64,000 nt of DNA. It comes from Bythopirellula sp. Its GTDB lineage: Bacteria; Planctomycetota; Planctomycetia; Pirellulales; Lacipirellulaceae. Where the stretch lies: assembly GCA_965216565.1 (NCBI GenBank), contig OZ244170.1, forward strand, positions 5,088,001-5,152,000. Reading direction: 5' to 3'. A program made the position numbers and the translations under genes. This document shows, piece by piece, positions 28,155 to 39,063 of this stretch. Under the pieces are notes generated by a model that was not told the DNA's origin, did no database searches, and worked only from the letters and a program-made list of their open reading frames with translations. Numbering within the stretch: the stretch's first letter is position 1; each line of letters opens with the position of its first letter.

Positions 28155-30089
28155 TCAGCTAACGCTCGAGTGCCTGCTGCTGCGACTGGGTAGTGGGGGC
28201 AACATTTCTTCTAACACCCCTTTGGCCCGGGGCCAAGCGATGATGGCTTCGATTACCATCCACACTTGCAGCAGCATCGTTGCGGCTCCGATCGAAAACA
28301 GCAAGTAGTTCTCCGTTTTCCACCAGCCATTGTCAGGGTTAAATAACTGCCAGCCCAAAGCCCAAATTGGCATTACAATCATGGCCAACATGGGGATCAA
28401 CGCAAACCAAATGGGCTTATTGCGTCGGTACAGATAAAACACAGTAACTAGTAATGCCAGTCCAGCCAGCAACTGGTTCGTAGCACCGAACAACGGCCAC
28501 AAATAGAGTCCCCCCGTTCCATGCGGAGGGAGCGAACCATCAGGACGTGCCGGGCCCCGCATCATAGCCAGTACCATGGCCAGAGCGACGGCAAACAACG
28601 TGGCAACGTATTTGTTTTCAAGCGGCTTTAATCGTAGAGATACCGCAAGCTCCTGCACCACATAACGCTGTAGCCGGGTGGCGGTATCCAAAGTGGTCGC
28701 CGCAAAACAGGCCACAAGGACTGCGATAATCCCGATTGAAAGTTTCAATGGCAGCCCCAGCGACGCGACAAAATTCGCCCCGCCATCAATGAAGGCTCCC
28801 ACCTTTTTTCCCAGACCGAATCCCCCCCAGCCCAATTCCATATCGTATTTGGTTTTCCAGGCATCCAGCCCTGTGATCGAGTCGCCCGTCGCCGAGGTGC
28901 GTTCTACATAGTCGTACGGCCGTATCCAACTATCGGCATCCACAACCGCAGACGTCGATCGATCAAACAACCCCATCCCCACTCCCGCGCAGCAGGCTAA
29001 TATGACTAACACCGCAAGCGCCCCCTCCAGCAACATGGAGCCATAGCCCACATATTGTGCATCGCACTCATTGGCAACTTGTTTGCTTGAAGTGCCACTC
29101 GATACCAGACAATGAAATCCACTGACCGCACCACATGCGATTGTGATGAACAAAAATGGCCAAATGGGTGGTGCGTCGCTTGGTCTCTCGGCTGCGGGGA
29201 CGATTGCAGGGGCACTGGTTCGCAGATCTGCCTGCCCCGAGAGACTGGCTACCGCAATCCCTGCAACCAACAGCAATAGGGCGACAAACAACTGTTGGCT
29301 ATTGATGTAATCACGAGGCTGCAGCAATACCCACACCGGCAGGACCGACGCGAGAAAACAGTAGGCAAACAGCAGTACCGACCAAATGACTACTGGCGTC
29401 CCCCAAGCGGTTCCAAGGCCAATAGTTTCTGCGGCCGATTGGCACCAAGCCGTCGGCAATGACACAGGCATGTATTCAACGCCGACCCATATTGCCACGT
29501 AGAGTGCGACAAGCGCAACCAGCGACGGCAACAATAATCCCCCGCCTCGATGCATCCAAAATCCAACGGCCACGGCCAACGGCATTGCCAGCCACACACT
29601 CAGGACCGACTCAGGATACAAGCTGAATATCGAAGCAATGACGAGCCCAAAGATGGCCAGCACCACCGTCAACGCAAAGAATAATACGAGCAGAAAGAGC
29701 ACTCTTGCGCGAGGTGCAATCATTCTTCCTGCAATTTCGCCCACGGTTTGCCCTCGGTTCCGCAGGCTCACGATGAGGGCTCCAAAATCGTGGACCGCAC
29801 CAATGAAAATGGAACCAAAAATTACCCACAATAATGCCGGCAGCCAGCCCCAGAACACAGCGATTGCCGGGCCAACAATGGGTCCTGTCCCTGCAATACT
29901 AGTAAAGTGATGCCCAAAAATGACTTCTTTGCGAGTTGGCACAAAGTCGACATCGTCCCGAAGCTGTTCGCTGGGAACTTCGGCAGCGGAATCGAGCGCA
30001 AAGATCTTTTTTGCCAACCAGCGGCCATAAGTATGATAGGCCACAATAAAGCCAGCAAAGGAGCCTAGGGCGACAAGTAACGTGGACAT
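28155..30089 (-). CDS. cstA: Carbon starvation protein A family transporter
   Basis: GHHFTSIAGTGPIVGP, LLQPRDY, FITIACGAVSGFH, TTLDTATRLQRY, WPLFGATNQLLA. Confidence 0.95.
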   Translation of the reverse strand: MSTLLVALGSFAGFIVAYHTYGRWLAKKIFALDSAAEVPSEQLRDDVDFVPTRKEVIFGHHFTSIAGTGPIVGPAIAVFWGWLPALLWVIFGSIFIGAVHDFGALIVSLRNRGQTVGEIAGRMIAPRARVLFLLVLFFALTVVLAIFGLVIASIFSLYPESVLSVWLAMPLAVAVGFWMHRGGGLLLPSLVALVALYVAIWVGVEYMPVSLPTAWCQSAAETIGLGTAWGTPVVIWSVLLFAYCFLASVLPVWVLLQPRDYINSQQLFVALLLLVAGIAVASLSGQADLRTSAPAIVPAAERPSDAPPIWPFLFITIACGAVSGFHCLVSSGTSSKQVANECDAQYVGYGSMLLEGALAVLVILACCAGVGMGLFDRSTSAVVDADSWIRPYDYVERTSATGDSITGLDAWKTKYDMELGWGGFGLGKKVGAFIDGGANFVASLGLPLKLSIGIIAVLVACFAATTLDTATRLQRYVVQELAVSLRLKPLENKYVATLFAVALAMVLAMMRGPARPDGSLPPHGTGGLYLWPLFGATNQLLAGLALLVTVFYLYRRNKPIWFALIPMLAMIVMPIWALGWQLFNPDNGWWKTENYLLFSIGAATMLLQVWMVIEAIIAWPRAKGVLEEMLPPLPSRSSRHSSVS

Positions 30090-30344
30090 AGTTGTATTGA
30101 AGCGGTGGATGAGAGGTGAAAAGCCGGAAGGGTTCCCGGCTCAGATTAATGGGAACCTGCCAGAATCCATGATATCAGGAGCAGTCAGCCTGGGGAATCT
30201 GACCAACATCCACCGAGCCATCGGGGAATCTGCGTCTTGGTTTACGCCGGGTCTCGTCAGTCCTATAATTCCACCTTCGCGACCGCAATGCGGTGGCGCA
30301 GCTTACAGAGCTTAGAGAATCTCGCTTCGAAAGGACTTGGCGCC

Positions 30345-31391
30345 GTGGCAGAACATGTTGTGATTATTGGAAGTGGACCCGCCGGTTGGACAGCAGCCAT
30401 CTATGCCGCTCGTGCTCAGCTAAATCCAATCGTCTTCGAAGGAGCCATCACCGAAGAAAATCGTCAGCAGGGAACCTTACCCTTAGGTCAATTGGCGCTG
30501 ACAACCGAGGTTGAAAACTACCCCGGCTTTCCCGCTGGTGATTTAACGGCATATCTCAAGTCGTCTCTCGACGAAGAGCATAATTGGCTAGCTGACATGC
30601 ATCAAAAAGAAGGCTGCTCGGGGCCCGAACTCATGCACCTGATGCGACAGCAGGCAGCCAATTTTGGAACGAAGATCATCACCGATGATATTGTCGAAGT
30701 CGATTTCGATAATCGCCCTTTCAAAATTCGCTCGAAGGAGGGGCAAGAGGTTGAAGCCCACAGCGTGATTATCTCAACTGGTGCTCGGGCGAACTATCTG
30801 GGCTTGGAGTCGGAAGACAAATACAAGAACAAGGGTGTCAGCGCCTGTGCTGTATGCGATGGTGCCTTGCCCCGATTCCGCGATAAGCCTCTCGTGGTCG
30901 TGGGCGGCGGCGATTCTGCAGTGGAAGAGGCCGATTATCTGTCGAAATATGCCGACAAGGTTTATTTGGTCCATCGACGCGATGAGCTACGTGCCTCGCG
31001 AATCATGGCGGAACGTGCCAAGAACAATGCGAAGATCGATATCCTTTGGAACACCGTGGTCGATGAGATTCTCGGCAACGACGAAGATGGTGTAACGGGT
31101 GTTCGACTCTCCTCGACTGTCGGAGAAGGAACGCGCGAGGTCGAAGCCACCGGCGCCTTTATGGCCATCGGGCATACGCCCAATACGAGATTTCTTGAAG
31201 GCAAGCTTGAGATGACTGACAAGAAGTATCTCAAGTGGACCGTGCCGTTCCGCACGAATACCAGCGTTGAAGGAGTGTTTGCCGCTGGCGACGTGGCCGA
31301 CGACAACTATCGACAAGCGGTAACAGCAGCGGGGACCGGTTGCATGGCTGCCCTGGATGCCGAACGTTGGCTGGCAACTCAGGATATCTAG
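30345..31391 (+). CDS. trxB: Thioredoxin reductase
   Basis: [42 protein letters not shown] start after AAGGA. Confidence 0.95.
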   Translation: MAEHVVIIGSGPAGWTAAIYAARAQLNPIVFEGAITEENRQQGTLPLGQLALTTEVENYPGFPAGDLTAYLKSSLDEEHNWLADMHQKEGCSGPELMHLMRQQAANFGTKIITDDIVEVDFDNRPFKIRSKEGQEVEAHSVIISTGARANYLGLESEDKYKNKGVSACAVCDGALPRFRDKPLVVVGGGDSAVEEADYLSKYADKVYLVHRRDELRASRIMAERAKNNAKIDILWNTVVDEILGNDEDGVTGVRLSSTVGEGTREVEATGAFMAIGHTPNTRFLEGKLEMTDKKYLKWTVPFRTNTSVEGVFAAGDVADDNYRQAVTAAGTGCMAALDAERWLATQDI

Positions 31392-31459
31392 AATTGCAGG
31401 GTCTCTAGAACTTTAGAAGAGCCGCGATTCGACGAATCGCCGGTGGCGAAGGAGTTGCC

Positions 31460-32854
31460 ATGAACAAACTATCGGTCGAACAAGCGCGGAATGCCGAACT
31501 TGTGGGAAACCAGGCCACTCTCCAGGGTTGGATCCGCACGCGGCGCGATAGCAAAGGCGGATTTAGTTTTCTTGAGATCAATGACGGATCCTGCCTCGCG
31601 AACTTGCAAATAGTTGCCGATGGTGACTTGTCGAATTACGAGTCTGAAATCAAACGCCTCTCTGCCGGTTGTAGCGTGACGGTCCATGGCGAATTGAAAT
31701 CCTCCGGCGGCAAGGGCCAATCGACCGAATTGCAGGCCTCCGAAATCATCGTGCATGGGTGGGCCGATCCAGAAAAGTACCCCTTGCAAAAAAAGCGGCA
31801 CTCATTCGAAAAACTTCGCGAATGGGCCCACCTCCGGCCCCGCACCAATACATTCGGCGCGGTCATGCGAGTGCGGAATCAAATCTGTCGCTCGATTCAC
31901 GACTTCTTCCAAGAACAAGATTTCCTTTACGTCCATACTCCCATTATCACAGCTAGTGACTGCGAGGGTGCCGGGGAGATGTTTCGCGTCACCGCGCTCG
32001 ATCCAGAAAATCCTCCCCAGACCGATAACGGGACTGTTGACTACAGCAAAGATTTTTTCGAGCGGCCCGCTTATCTCACCGTCTCGGGGCAACTTGAGGG
32101 AGAAATCTACGCAACGGCACTGAGGAGGATATATACTTTTGGGCCAACGTTTCGAGCAGAAAACTCCAACACGTCTCGTCATCTGGCAGAGTTTTGGATG
32201 GTCGAGCCCGAGGCAGCTTTTTTCGACCTCGACGACAACATGGAATTGGCTGAGCAGTTTCTGAAACGTATTGTTCGCGACGTTATGGCCAATTGCGAAG
32301 AGGATGTTGATTTTTTTCAGCAAAGAATTGATAACACCGTGCACGATAGTCTGCAGCGTGTTGCCGATAAGCCTTTTGAAAAGGTTAGCTACACCGAGGC
32401 TGTGGAACTGTTGGAGAAAGCGGACGAAAAATTCGAGTACGCGGTCGAATGGGGAACCAATTTACAGGCAGAGCATGAGAGGTATCTCTGCGAGAAACTC
32501 TACGAATCTCCGGTAATCGTCTACGACTACCCAGCGTCGATCAAACCTTTCTACATGAAAGTCAGCGACGATCAGCGCACGGTGCGTGCGATGGATGTAC
32601 TGGTACCACGGGTTGGTGAAATCATCGGCGGCAGCCAACGCGAGGAACGGTTAGATGTACTGCAGGCTCGAATGGTAGAGCAGGGGCTCGACGAAAGCGA
32701 GTATTGGTGGTATCTCGATCTCCGCCGATTCGGTACGGTTCCGCATTCTGGTTTCGGGCTAGGGCTGGAACGGATGGTGCAGTTTGTGACCGGCATGACG
32801 AACATTCGCGACGTGATTCCCTTTCCCCGCACGCCAGGCAATGCCGAGTTCTAA
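31460..32854 (+). CDS. asnS: Asparagine--tRNA ligase
   Basis: [44 protein letters not shown]. Confidence 0.96.
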   Translation: MNKLSVEQARNAELVGNQATLQGWIRTRRDSKGGFSFLEINDGSCLANLQIVADGDLSNYESEIKRLSAGCSVTVHGELKSSGGKGQSTELQASEIIVHGWADPEKYPLQKKRHSFEKLREWAHLRPRTNTFGAVMRVRNQICRSIHDFFQEQDFLYVHTPIITASDCEGAGEMFRVTALDPENPPQTDNGTVDYSKDFFERPAYLTVSGQLEGEIYATALRRIYTFGPTFRAENSNTSRHLAEFWMVEPEAAFFDLDDNMELAEQFLKRIVRDVMANCEEDVDFFQQRIDNTVHDSLQRVADKPFEKVSYTEAVELLEKADEKFEYAVEWGTNLQAEHERYLCEKLYESPVIVYDYPASIKPFYMKVSDDQRTVRAMDVLVPRVGEIIGGSQREERLDVLQARMVEQGLDESEYWWYLDLRRFGTVPHSGFGLGLERMVQFVTGMTNIRDVIPFPRTPGNAEF

Positions 32855-32855
32855 A

Positions 32856-33206
32856 TCAAATAGCCCTCAACACCATTACCAGTAAGGGCGCGACCGAAAG
32901 GCACATGCCAAAGACCACAAGCCCTCTGGGTGGCGGCGTTTGTCGGAATCGATACACGGCTGGTAGGAGCAGAATCGAAAGAGTGCCCACAATTGCTGCG
33001 GCAAAAAGCATCATCTCTCTCAGCAGCAGCATTTTCTTGGCATCGGGCACCAGTTTCACGTAGCCATGAGCGCCCAGGGTTGCCAGCAGACAAAAAGTCA
33101 GCGTAGTGACGGTAACGGTCCATGCAATCGTAATCGCATCCGCCGCACGAGTCTCTGCCGGGATTCTGGCGTTAGATCTCGAGTGTCGTTTCTTGTGCTT
33201 TGCCAT
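32856..33206 (-). CDS. Small hypothetical membrane protein (3 TM)
   Basis: Basic N-terminus followed by three hydrophobic segments. Confidence 0.7.
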   Translation of the reverse strand: MAKHKKRHSRSNARIPAETRAADAITIAWTVTVTTLTFCLLATLGAHGYVKLVPDAKKMLLLREMMLFAAAIVGTLSILLLPAVYRFRQTPPPRGLVVFGMCLSVAPLLVMVLRAI

Positions 33207-33234
33207 TGTGTTGTCGATTGTTCTAAAGAGACGA

Positions 33235-33264
33235 ATTAGATGTTGCCAAAATGCAACATCTAAT
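33235..33264. promoter_or_regulatory. Perfect 12-bp inverted repeat (candidate operator or hairpin)
   Basis: ATTAGATGTTGC-N6-GCAACATCTAAT in a divergent intergenic region. Confidence 0.5.
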
Positions 33265-33498
33265 AGACCTTGTTGCGATTGCGAAAGCTAGGGCCGTAAT
33301 AATCTAGCTCAAGCCAAAGTTCTTGTTTGCCTCTTGATGTTTGGTGAGCTACCTTTTGGTGGCGGGAGTGCGCGAGCGCTGCTGCCTACCTTTTCCCACC
33401 ATCGAGCACTGTTCGTCTCACCGAGTTGCTCGACAAATACACTCCGTTAGACACTTTTCTACTTGTAGTATTCTCCTAGTTCCATACCAGGAGAATCC

Positions 33499-34236
33499 AT
33501 GACCGTTAGGATACGCCCTATGGCTACAGCAACTTCCGAAACTGTCGACTCCTTGCAGGCAACACTAGAGCCCCTGGGCGAACTCCACGAGGATCATTCG
33601 CAATTGGAAGCCTGGGTACATGATTCGTTCGCAGCACTAGAAAAATTGCATAGCGAATTAACTGAATGGCAATCAGAGCTTGCCCGAAAACAAACAGAGC
33701 TTGATCTCCGCGAAGATGCCATCCGTAGCAGCGAAGAACAAATCATCGATGGCGATTCTGCTGAGCAAATCGAACATTGGAAGCGCGAGCTGGAAGAGTC
33801 TCGCAACGATACAAAGATTCTGGAAGAAGAGAATGCCGAGCAATTGCAAGAGCTAGAGAGCATGGAACTGACACTCGTGCAAATGGAAAAACAACTCCAA
33901 ACATCGGAGAAGAGATCGGCTGATCTTACCAACCTGTTGGAAGTCGAACGAGCTCGTTCCGATCAGGAGCAACACCAGTGGCAAGGCGAGTTCAAAGAAA
34001 TGCGGCGGCTCTTGGACAAGCAATGTTCGCTACTGGAAGGCCGGATTCGGGATTCGCGCGATACGGGAGATGACGAAGAATCAGGGAACGCAAGTGGCTC
34101 TGGCGATGGCTCATCTTCCGATTCAATTTCCCGTACAGCAGAACTACGCCGTAGAGCTAAGATGCGGAGGGAAGCTCGTCTCCAACGACACCAAGATGGT
34201 GGGACTAAGGATGGCGAGGACTCAGACAACTCATGA
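33499..34236 (+). CDS. Hypothetical coiled-coil protein
   Basis: RBS AGGAGA; E/L/Q-rich heptad pattern. Confidence 0.75.
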   Translation: MTVRIRPMATATSETVDSLQATLEPLGELHEDHSQLEAWVHDSFAALEKLHSELTEWQSELARKQTELDLREDAIRSSEEQIIDGDSAEQIEHWKRELEESRNDTKILEEENAEQLQELESMELTLVQMEKQLQTSEKRSADLTNLLEVERARSDQEQHQWQGEFKEMRRLLDKQCSLLEGRIRDSRDTGDDEESGNASGSGDGSSSDSISRTAELRRRAKMRREARLQRHQDGGTKDGEDSDNS

Positions 34237-34604
34237 GCAACCCGAACCATCGTCCCCATGCCGCGCATAAGAAAAAGCAAGGCAGCCCCAGCGCTGGAGA
34301 TCTGTTCCCAGGACAGCTTCCATCCTACCTGTTGAATCCAGGAACGGACGAGGTCCGCGAGTTGCTGGAAGAGTTGGACGATGCCATCTTCGGCGCAATT
34401 GGCGGTAGCGAGAAGTCTCTGAAGCATGCCCAGAAGCTATGGCCCCAAGCCATGGGTGAGATCGATAGCGAACTGCTTGAGGAATCGAGAGAACAGTATC
34501 TCCTGTTTGCCTTGGAAGCCGTCGAGCGACTCGAGAGCCCAACGCGAACACCAGAGAATGTGCTGTTTGCCCTCGATATTGTTGTGATGCTTTCCAACGA
34601 ATAG
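34233..34604 (+). CDS. Hypothetical protein
   Basis: ATGA overlap with the upstream gene; helical and acidic (LDDAIF.AI.G, EESREQY). Confidence 0.7.
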   Translation: MSNPNHRPHAAHKKKQGSPSAGDLFPGQLPSYLLNPGTDEVRELLEELDDAIFGAIGGSEKSLKHAQKLWPQAMGEIDSELLEESREQYLLFALEAVERLESPTRTPENVLFALDIVVMLSNE

Positions 34605-34608
34605 CGTA

Positions 34609-35082
34609 ATGCAGAGGATGAAACCGATGTGTACACGTCAGTTTTGCGGCTACATCCTATTCTGCGTCCTGCTCATGGGTTGGACGGTGCAGGTTGAGTA
34701 CCGCAACGACAGTTTCCCGCTCATCAGCGACGTGGTTCACGAAACCGAGGGCAGCCGTAGTCAGGTTCAGTACCGGATCAGCAATCCTCGAAGGGAGAGA
34801 ACACGCGTTGCCACCCATGTCCGGTTGCAATCACCCCACGCTAGTCCCTCTCATCCAGAACTCTTTTCTAGCCCAGTCACCATCACGAAATTCGATCTGG
34901 AGCCACGCTCCACTCTTGATATCGATCTCTCCGTGGAGAACGCCGGAGCATGGTCGGAAGCCGATGTGCAACTCTACGTACTTGACGATTCCCTAGGAGT
35001 CGACGATGCACAACTCGATTGGTTGGGGCGACTATCCAGCGACCGTGTTACCTTCGAAGGACTGCAAAAACTGTTCGAATAG
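34609..35082 (+). CDS. Hypothetical protein with N-terminal TM/signal and possible Ig-like domain
   Basis: Follows the operon closely; 3' end overlaps the carA 3' end by 51 bp. Confidence 0.45.
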   Translation: MQRMKPMCTRQFCGYILFCVLLMGWTVQVEYRNDSFPLISDVVHETEGSRSQVQYRISNPRRERTRVATHVRLQSPHASPSHPELFSSPVTITKFDLEPRSTLDIDLSVENAGAWSEADVQLYVLDDSLGVDDAQLDWLGRLSSDRVTFEGLQKLFE

Positions 35083-36174
35083 GTAGTGGCTGTCGTGCGG
35101 CCCTGCGGATGCCTCGGGATGGTACTGCACGCTGAATGCCGCTGCTTCTTTGTGACGAACTCCTTCAATCGTGTCGTCATTCAAGCTGCGATGGGTTACC
35201 TCCAAGCAGTCGGGAAGCGAATCTTCTTCGACGGCAAAGCCATGATTCTGCGAGGTAATCTCTACTACACCATCATCAAGCCGCTGCACGGGCTGATTGG
35301 CTCCGCGATGTCCAAACTTCATTTTGTAAGTTTTTGCACCGCAGGCCAGCGACAAGAGCTGATGACCAAGGCAAATACCGAAGATTGGTTTCTTGCCTAG
35401 AAGCTCGCGGATTGTGCCGATCGCGTAGTCCAGAGGTTCTGGATCGCCGGGGCCATTGGAGAGGAATATTCCGTTGGGTTCCTGTGCCAAGACCTCTTCA
35501 GCAGTTGCGGTCCCCGGCAAGACTGTTACCTGGCAACCACGATCGAACAAATGACGAGGAATATTCCACTTCATGCCAAAGTCCAGGGCTACTACGTGGG
35601 GCCGTTCCGAAGAGTCTCCAATTCCCCCACTTCCATTCAGATGCGTCCACTCGCTGACGGTTTCTTCCCAATGGCAAGCTTGCTCGGGCATGACTTCCCG
35701 CACCAAGTCGCGCCCGACGAGCCCTGGGCTGGCCTTAGCTTTGGCTACGAGACTGGCGTCGTCCAAATCGGTGGTAGATAACACTCCCCGCATGGCCCCC
35801 ACGGATCGGATTCTTCGCACGAGTGCCCGGGTATCGATCGATTCGATAGCTACGACGCCCCATTCTTCCAGGTATTTGCTCAAGGAATTCTCGGAGCGGA
35901 AATTGCTAGGAATGCGGCTATGCTCTCGGACTACAAAACCGGCCAGGTGTGGCCGAGCGCTTTCCAGGTCTTCCTCATTCACCCCGTAATTGCCAATTTG
36001 GGGATACGTCATCGTCACAATCTGCCCACAGTAGCTGGGGTCAGTTAAGATTTCTTGATAGCCGGTCATCGAGGTATTGAAACAAACTTCTCCATCGACT
36101 TCACCAGCTGCGCCGATCGAAATGCCGGTATATACGGTGCCATCTTCCAGGGCTAACTTTGCGGTTTGTTCCAT
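35032..36174 (-). CDS. carA: Carbamoyl-phosphate synthase small subunit
   Basis: FNTSMTGYQE, SNGPGDP, GICLGHQ, SVQYHPEA. Confidence 0.97.
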   Translation of the reverse strand: MEQTAKLALEDGTVYTGISIGAAGEVDGEVCFNTSMTGYQEILTDPSYCGQIVTMTYPQIGNYGVNEEDLESARPHLAGFVVREHSRIPSNFRSENSLSKYLEEWGVVAIESIDTRALVRRIRSVGAMRGVLSTTDLDDASLVAKAKASPGLVGRDLVREVMPEQACHWEETVSEWTHLNGSGGIGDSSERPHVVALDFGMKWNIPRHLFDRGCQVTVLPGTATAEEVLAQEPNGIFLSNGPGDPEPLDYAIGTIRELLGKKPIFGICLGHQLLSLACGAKTYKMKFGHRGANQPVQRLDDGVVEITSQNHGFAVEEDSLPDCLEVTHRSLNDDTIEGVRHKEAAAFSVQYHPEASAGPHDSHYLFEQFLQSFEGNTVAG

Positions 36175-36328
36175 CTCGGCTGCCTATGTCGTGTGAAACG
36201 TTCGTTGATAAAGAAAGTTCTAAGACTCGTTGTGGCAAGCTGGAGCTTACTCGTCGTGGGAGACGATAGCCTGTTGTAGGCTGTGGGTCTCCTACTGCAA
36301 GCATGCAGCAGGTCAGCCTAAACTAACG

Positions 36329-36368
36329 AGAGGGTCCTTGTTCCGGCGAGCAAGGACCCTCTTTTTTT
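36329..36368 (+). terminator. Intrinsic terminator facing the + strand between two minus-strand genes
   Basis: AGAGGGTCCTTGTTC-CGGC-GAGCAAGGACCCTC-T7. Confidence 0.75.
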
Positions 36369-36477
36369 GTCCCCGTCGCACGGTCAAGCTTCGATTATAT
36401 CGAGGTTGAATGACCAGCTAAAGGGGCCGAACGGAGGCGTTCCGTCGGCTTGTGGATAGCGGCTAAGTTTTGCCTGC

Positions 36478-38094
36478 CTACTTCTCGGAAATGTGGATTT
36501 CCTCCACGGAATCCAGGTGTCCCGAATCGTACGATGCTCCGGCGACAGCCAGCAGATGGCCATTGCGTCCAGGCAGCAATTGGTGGAAGAATCGTGGTGT
36601 CGCGAATTTGGCGACTTCTGTCCATTTCGCTAGATCTTGCTCAAGTCGGTACACGACTCCACCCATTCCACCTGCGAAGAGCCTTCCATCGACATTTCTC
36701 GCAGCGATGCCGAAACCATGAAACGGTTCGCCCGGCAATGGCGGGCCGGCCTTCCACTGGTTCGATTCGAGGTCGAATAGGGAGACCTCACACGTGGGTT
36801 GCGCATCGTTGTTCATCCCACAAATCGCGACAAGCTGCCCATTCGCATGGCCGAGAGCGAGAGCACGGCGGCGAAACGGTGGTTCGGGAAGTGTGCGCCA
36901 GCCGGCTTCAATATCTGACAAATCAAGAGCCATAGCCCCCGTCTGCCATTCGCCTTGGTCGTCGCCGTGTAGTTTCCAGCCCCCGACTACGTAGATGATA
37001 TTGTCCGCTACGACCGCATCATGCGACGACCGCCCGTTTGGCAAGGGTGGCAGGTCCTGCCAGTGGTTCGCCTCAGGGTCGAAGCAGGCGAAACTGCTAA
37101 CGGAGTGAAGCGATTCCTCCTCGCCCGAGGCATTCCGGGCATCGAGTCCCCCAATTCTGTAGAGCTTTCCTTCGTGTGCCACCAAAGCCAACCCCTGCAA
37201 TGGAGGTCCCATCGGCAGCTCCTGCCAGTCGCTAGTTCCATCGAGCTTAGTCCGCAAGAACGATTTCGATAGGTTGTCGCGTGAATGCTCGTGGACTCCT
37301 CCCTTGTGGCCGCTGTAAACGTAGAGCCAGCCATCAGAGACCGCAGCACCAAAGCTAGCCACCGGTTCGGGTAGAGGCGGGATGGAGTCGGTTTCGATGC
37401 TGGGTTCGTTTCGAAATGTCATCGTCAGATAGTGCGAGGCAGACTCATACTGTTTGCCATCGATTTCGCCGGTTTGGTTTTCTTCTAAGTGGCTAATCAG
37501 CAATGCGTCGAAGCTAGACTCGATCGCCTCACGAGAAAATGTTGCATAGCCCTTGTCGTCGGTAAACGCTTCCGCCTCTTTTTGATCCTCTTCGCAGTAA
37601 AGTTGAACGCTAGCCTTGGCTAGCGGTTGATTGTCCCAAAAAACGCCTACTCGTAGGCCATCTTCGGATGTGCGCCGGACACGAGCATACAGCCTAGGCG
37701 GTTGTTTGCCAAACTCGGTCGTGGGTGATTCATCAAGAGACGAGGCGTGTTGGGCGTAGTAAGTAAGATTCGTCCCATGATACACACCGTAGGGAATTGT
37801 TGCTTGGAGCATGGCACGTTGATCTACGGGTTTTTTCGATCGCTTGCCAATGAACGCTTCCGACTCGATATCGGCGAGAACGCACTCCCGCGGCATTTCA
37901 CTCTGGGTGTGCAGCAAGACTGTAGCGCTACCTACTGCCTCTGGGAGATGGTAAGTGCGTTCGTCTGGATCTTCTCCGAAAAACAACAACGCATGGCCAT
38001 CGGAGTCGCAAGCAAGCCAGGGGAAGTGTGCCGAAACTTTACCTGACGCTAGGAAGAAAGTCAGGAGAGTTAAGTATGTAGTCAAATGTTTCAT
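36478..38094 (-). CDS. Secreted protein: N-terminal His-initiated (DUF4198-like) domain plus kelch beta-propeller
   Basis: Signal peptide ending VSA-HFPWL; kelch repeats LYVYSG, LYRIGG, IYVVGG, LFAGG. Confidence 0.8.
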   Translation of the reverse strand: MKHLTTYLTLLTFFLASGKVSAHFPWLACDSDGHALLFFGEDPDERTYHLPEAVGSATVLLHTQSEMPRECVLADIESEAFIGKRSKKPVDQRAMLQATIPYGVYHGTNLTYYAQHASSLDESPTTEFGKQPPRLYARVRRTSEDGLRVGVFWDNQPLAKASVQLYCEEDQKEAEAFTDDKGYATFSREAIESSFDALLISHLEENQTGEIDGKQYESASHYLTMTFRNEPSIETDSIPPLPEPVASFGAAVSDGWLYVYSGHKGGVHEHSRDNLSKSFLRTKLDGTSDWQELPMGPPLQGLALVAHEGKLYRIGGLDARNASGEEESLHSVSSFACFDPEANHWQDLPPLPNGRSSHDAVVADNIIYVVGGWKLHGDDQGEWQTGAMALDLSDIEAGWRTLPEPPFRRRALALGHANGQLVAICGMNNDAQPTCEVSLFDLESNQWKAGPPLPGEPFHGFGIAARNVDGRLFAGGMGGVVYRLEQDLAKWTEVAKFATPRFFHQLLPGRNGHLLAVAGASYDSGHLDSVEEIHISEK

Positions 38095-38214
38095 TTCAAA
38101 AGTTCCTTGTGAACAATGTGCGGACCAGTGGAATCGGTCTGATGCTGTGTTATTGAAAAAATCTGTGTGGAGGAAACGTGGCGTGATATTTGTGTCGAAG
38201 TTTTTTCTTGAACA

Positions 38215-39063
38215 TCATTTCAGCTCGGGTTGAATCTCTTCGCCGGCGCGCGTGACCAATGCATCGAGAGCTTGGTCTTCGATGTCGTCTCTCACAAAGT
38301 GCACTGAGCCATCAAGCATCACGAAGTGGGCTCCAGAGGGGTGATCGCTACGAAAAGCGGTGTTGTATTTGCCCTCGAGGCTAAAATTGTTGGGGGGCGG
38401 AGGATTCGATGGGTTGAATGGTCCGTATGTAGAACCAAACGAGAACATCACGTATCCGCCTGCCCATTTGGGCCCTTCGTGTGTCTGTCCTCCAAAATAG
38501 TCCTTCTCGCCGAAAGCGAAGGTATTGGAGAGCCCGTCGGTGATGTCCCTAAGTCGCAGGGTGTGTTCGGTGTTCGGCACGATCGCGCCGTCGTATAGTT
38601 TGAATAGCCAAGGTGAATGGGTCCCTGTAGAAGAGCTATAGCTACTTGGCCCTAATTGGCCCTCTGCGTGCTCGTAGGCCATTGAGGGACACAAATACGT
38701 GGGGATCGTTGTTTCTGCAACGCCCGCGTTATCGGGATGGTCGATGCTCTTTAGCGGATCAAAGACGACGTACTTACCGGCTTCCTCGACATAAGGGAGC
38801 AAATAGAGCAAGCATCCGGCTTCGTCGAAAGTATCGCCGACATTCTTCACAATGGCAGCGGGTGGCAGGTGTCCGCGTGCGTTGTGATACATTTGCGTGG
38901 CTAGTCCGATTTGCTTGAGATTGTTCTGGCAGGTCATCCGTCGTGCCGCTTCGCGACCAGCCTGTACCGCAGGCAACAGCAGCGCAACAAGTACGCCGAT
39001 CACAGCAATTACCACGAGCAACTCGACTAAGGTAAATCCACTCCTCGAGCGATGGTCTAACAT
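38215..39063 (-). CDS. DUF1559 (prepilin-type N-terminus / H-X9-DG) protein
   Basis: GFTLVELLVVIAVIGVLVALLLPAVQAGREAARR..CQNNLKQ, ITDGLSNT, FRSDHPSGAHFVMLDGSV. Confidence 0.95.
   Translation of the reverse strand: MLDHRSRSGFTLVELLVVIAVIGVLVALLLPAVQAGREAARRMTCQNNLKQIGLATQMYHNARGHLPPAAIVKNVGDTFDEAGCLLYLLPYVEEAGKYVVFDPLKSIDHPDNAGVAETTIPTYLCPSMAYEHAEGQLGPSSYSSSTGTHSPWLFKLYDGAIVPNTEHTLRLRDITDGLSNTFAFGEKDYFGGQTHEGPKWAGGYVMFSFGSTYGPFNPSNPPPPNNFSLEGKYNTAFRSDHPSGAHFVMLDGSVHFVRDDIEDQALDALVTRAGEEIQPELK

Noticed and set aside
36175..36470. PyrR-type attenuator upstream of carA
   Set aside because: No PyrR-binding consensus was seen, and the terminator U tail is on the opposite strand.
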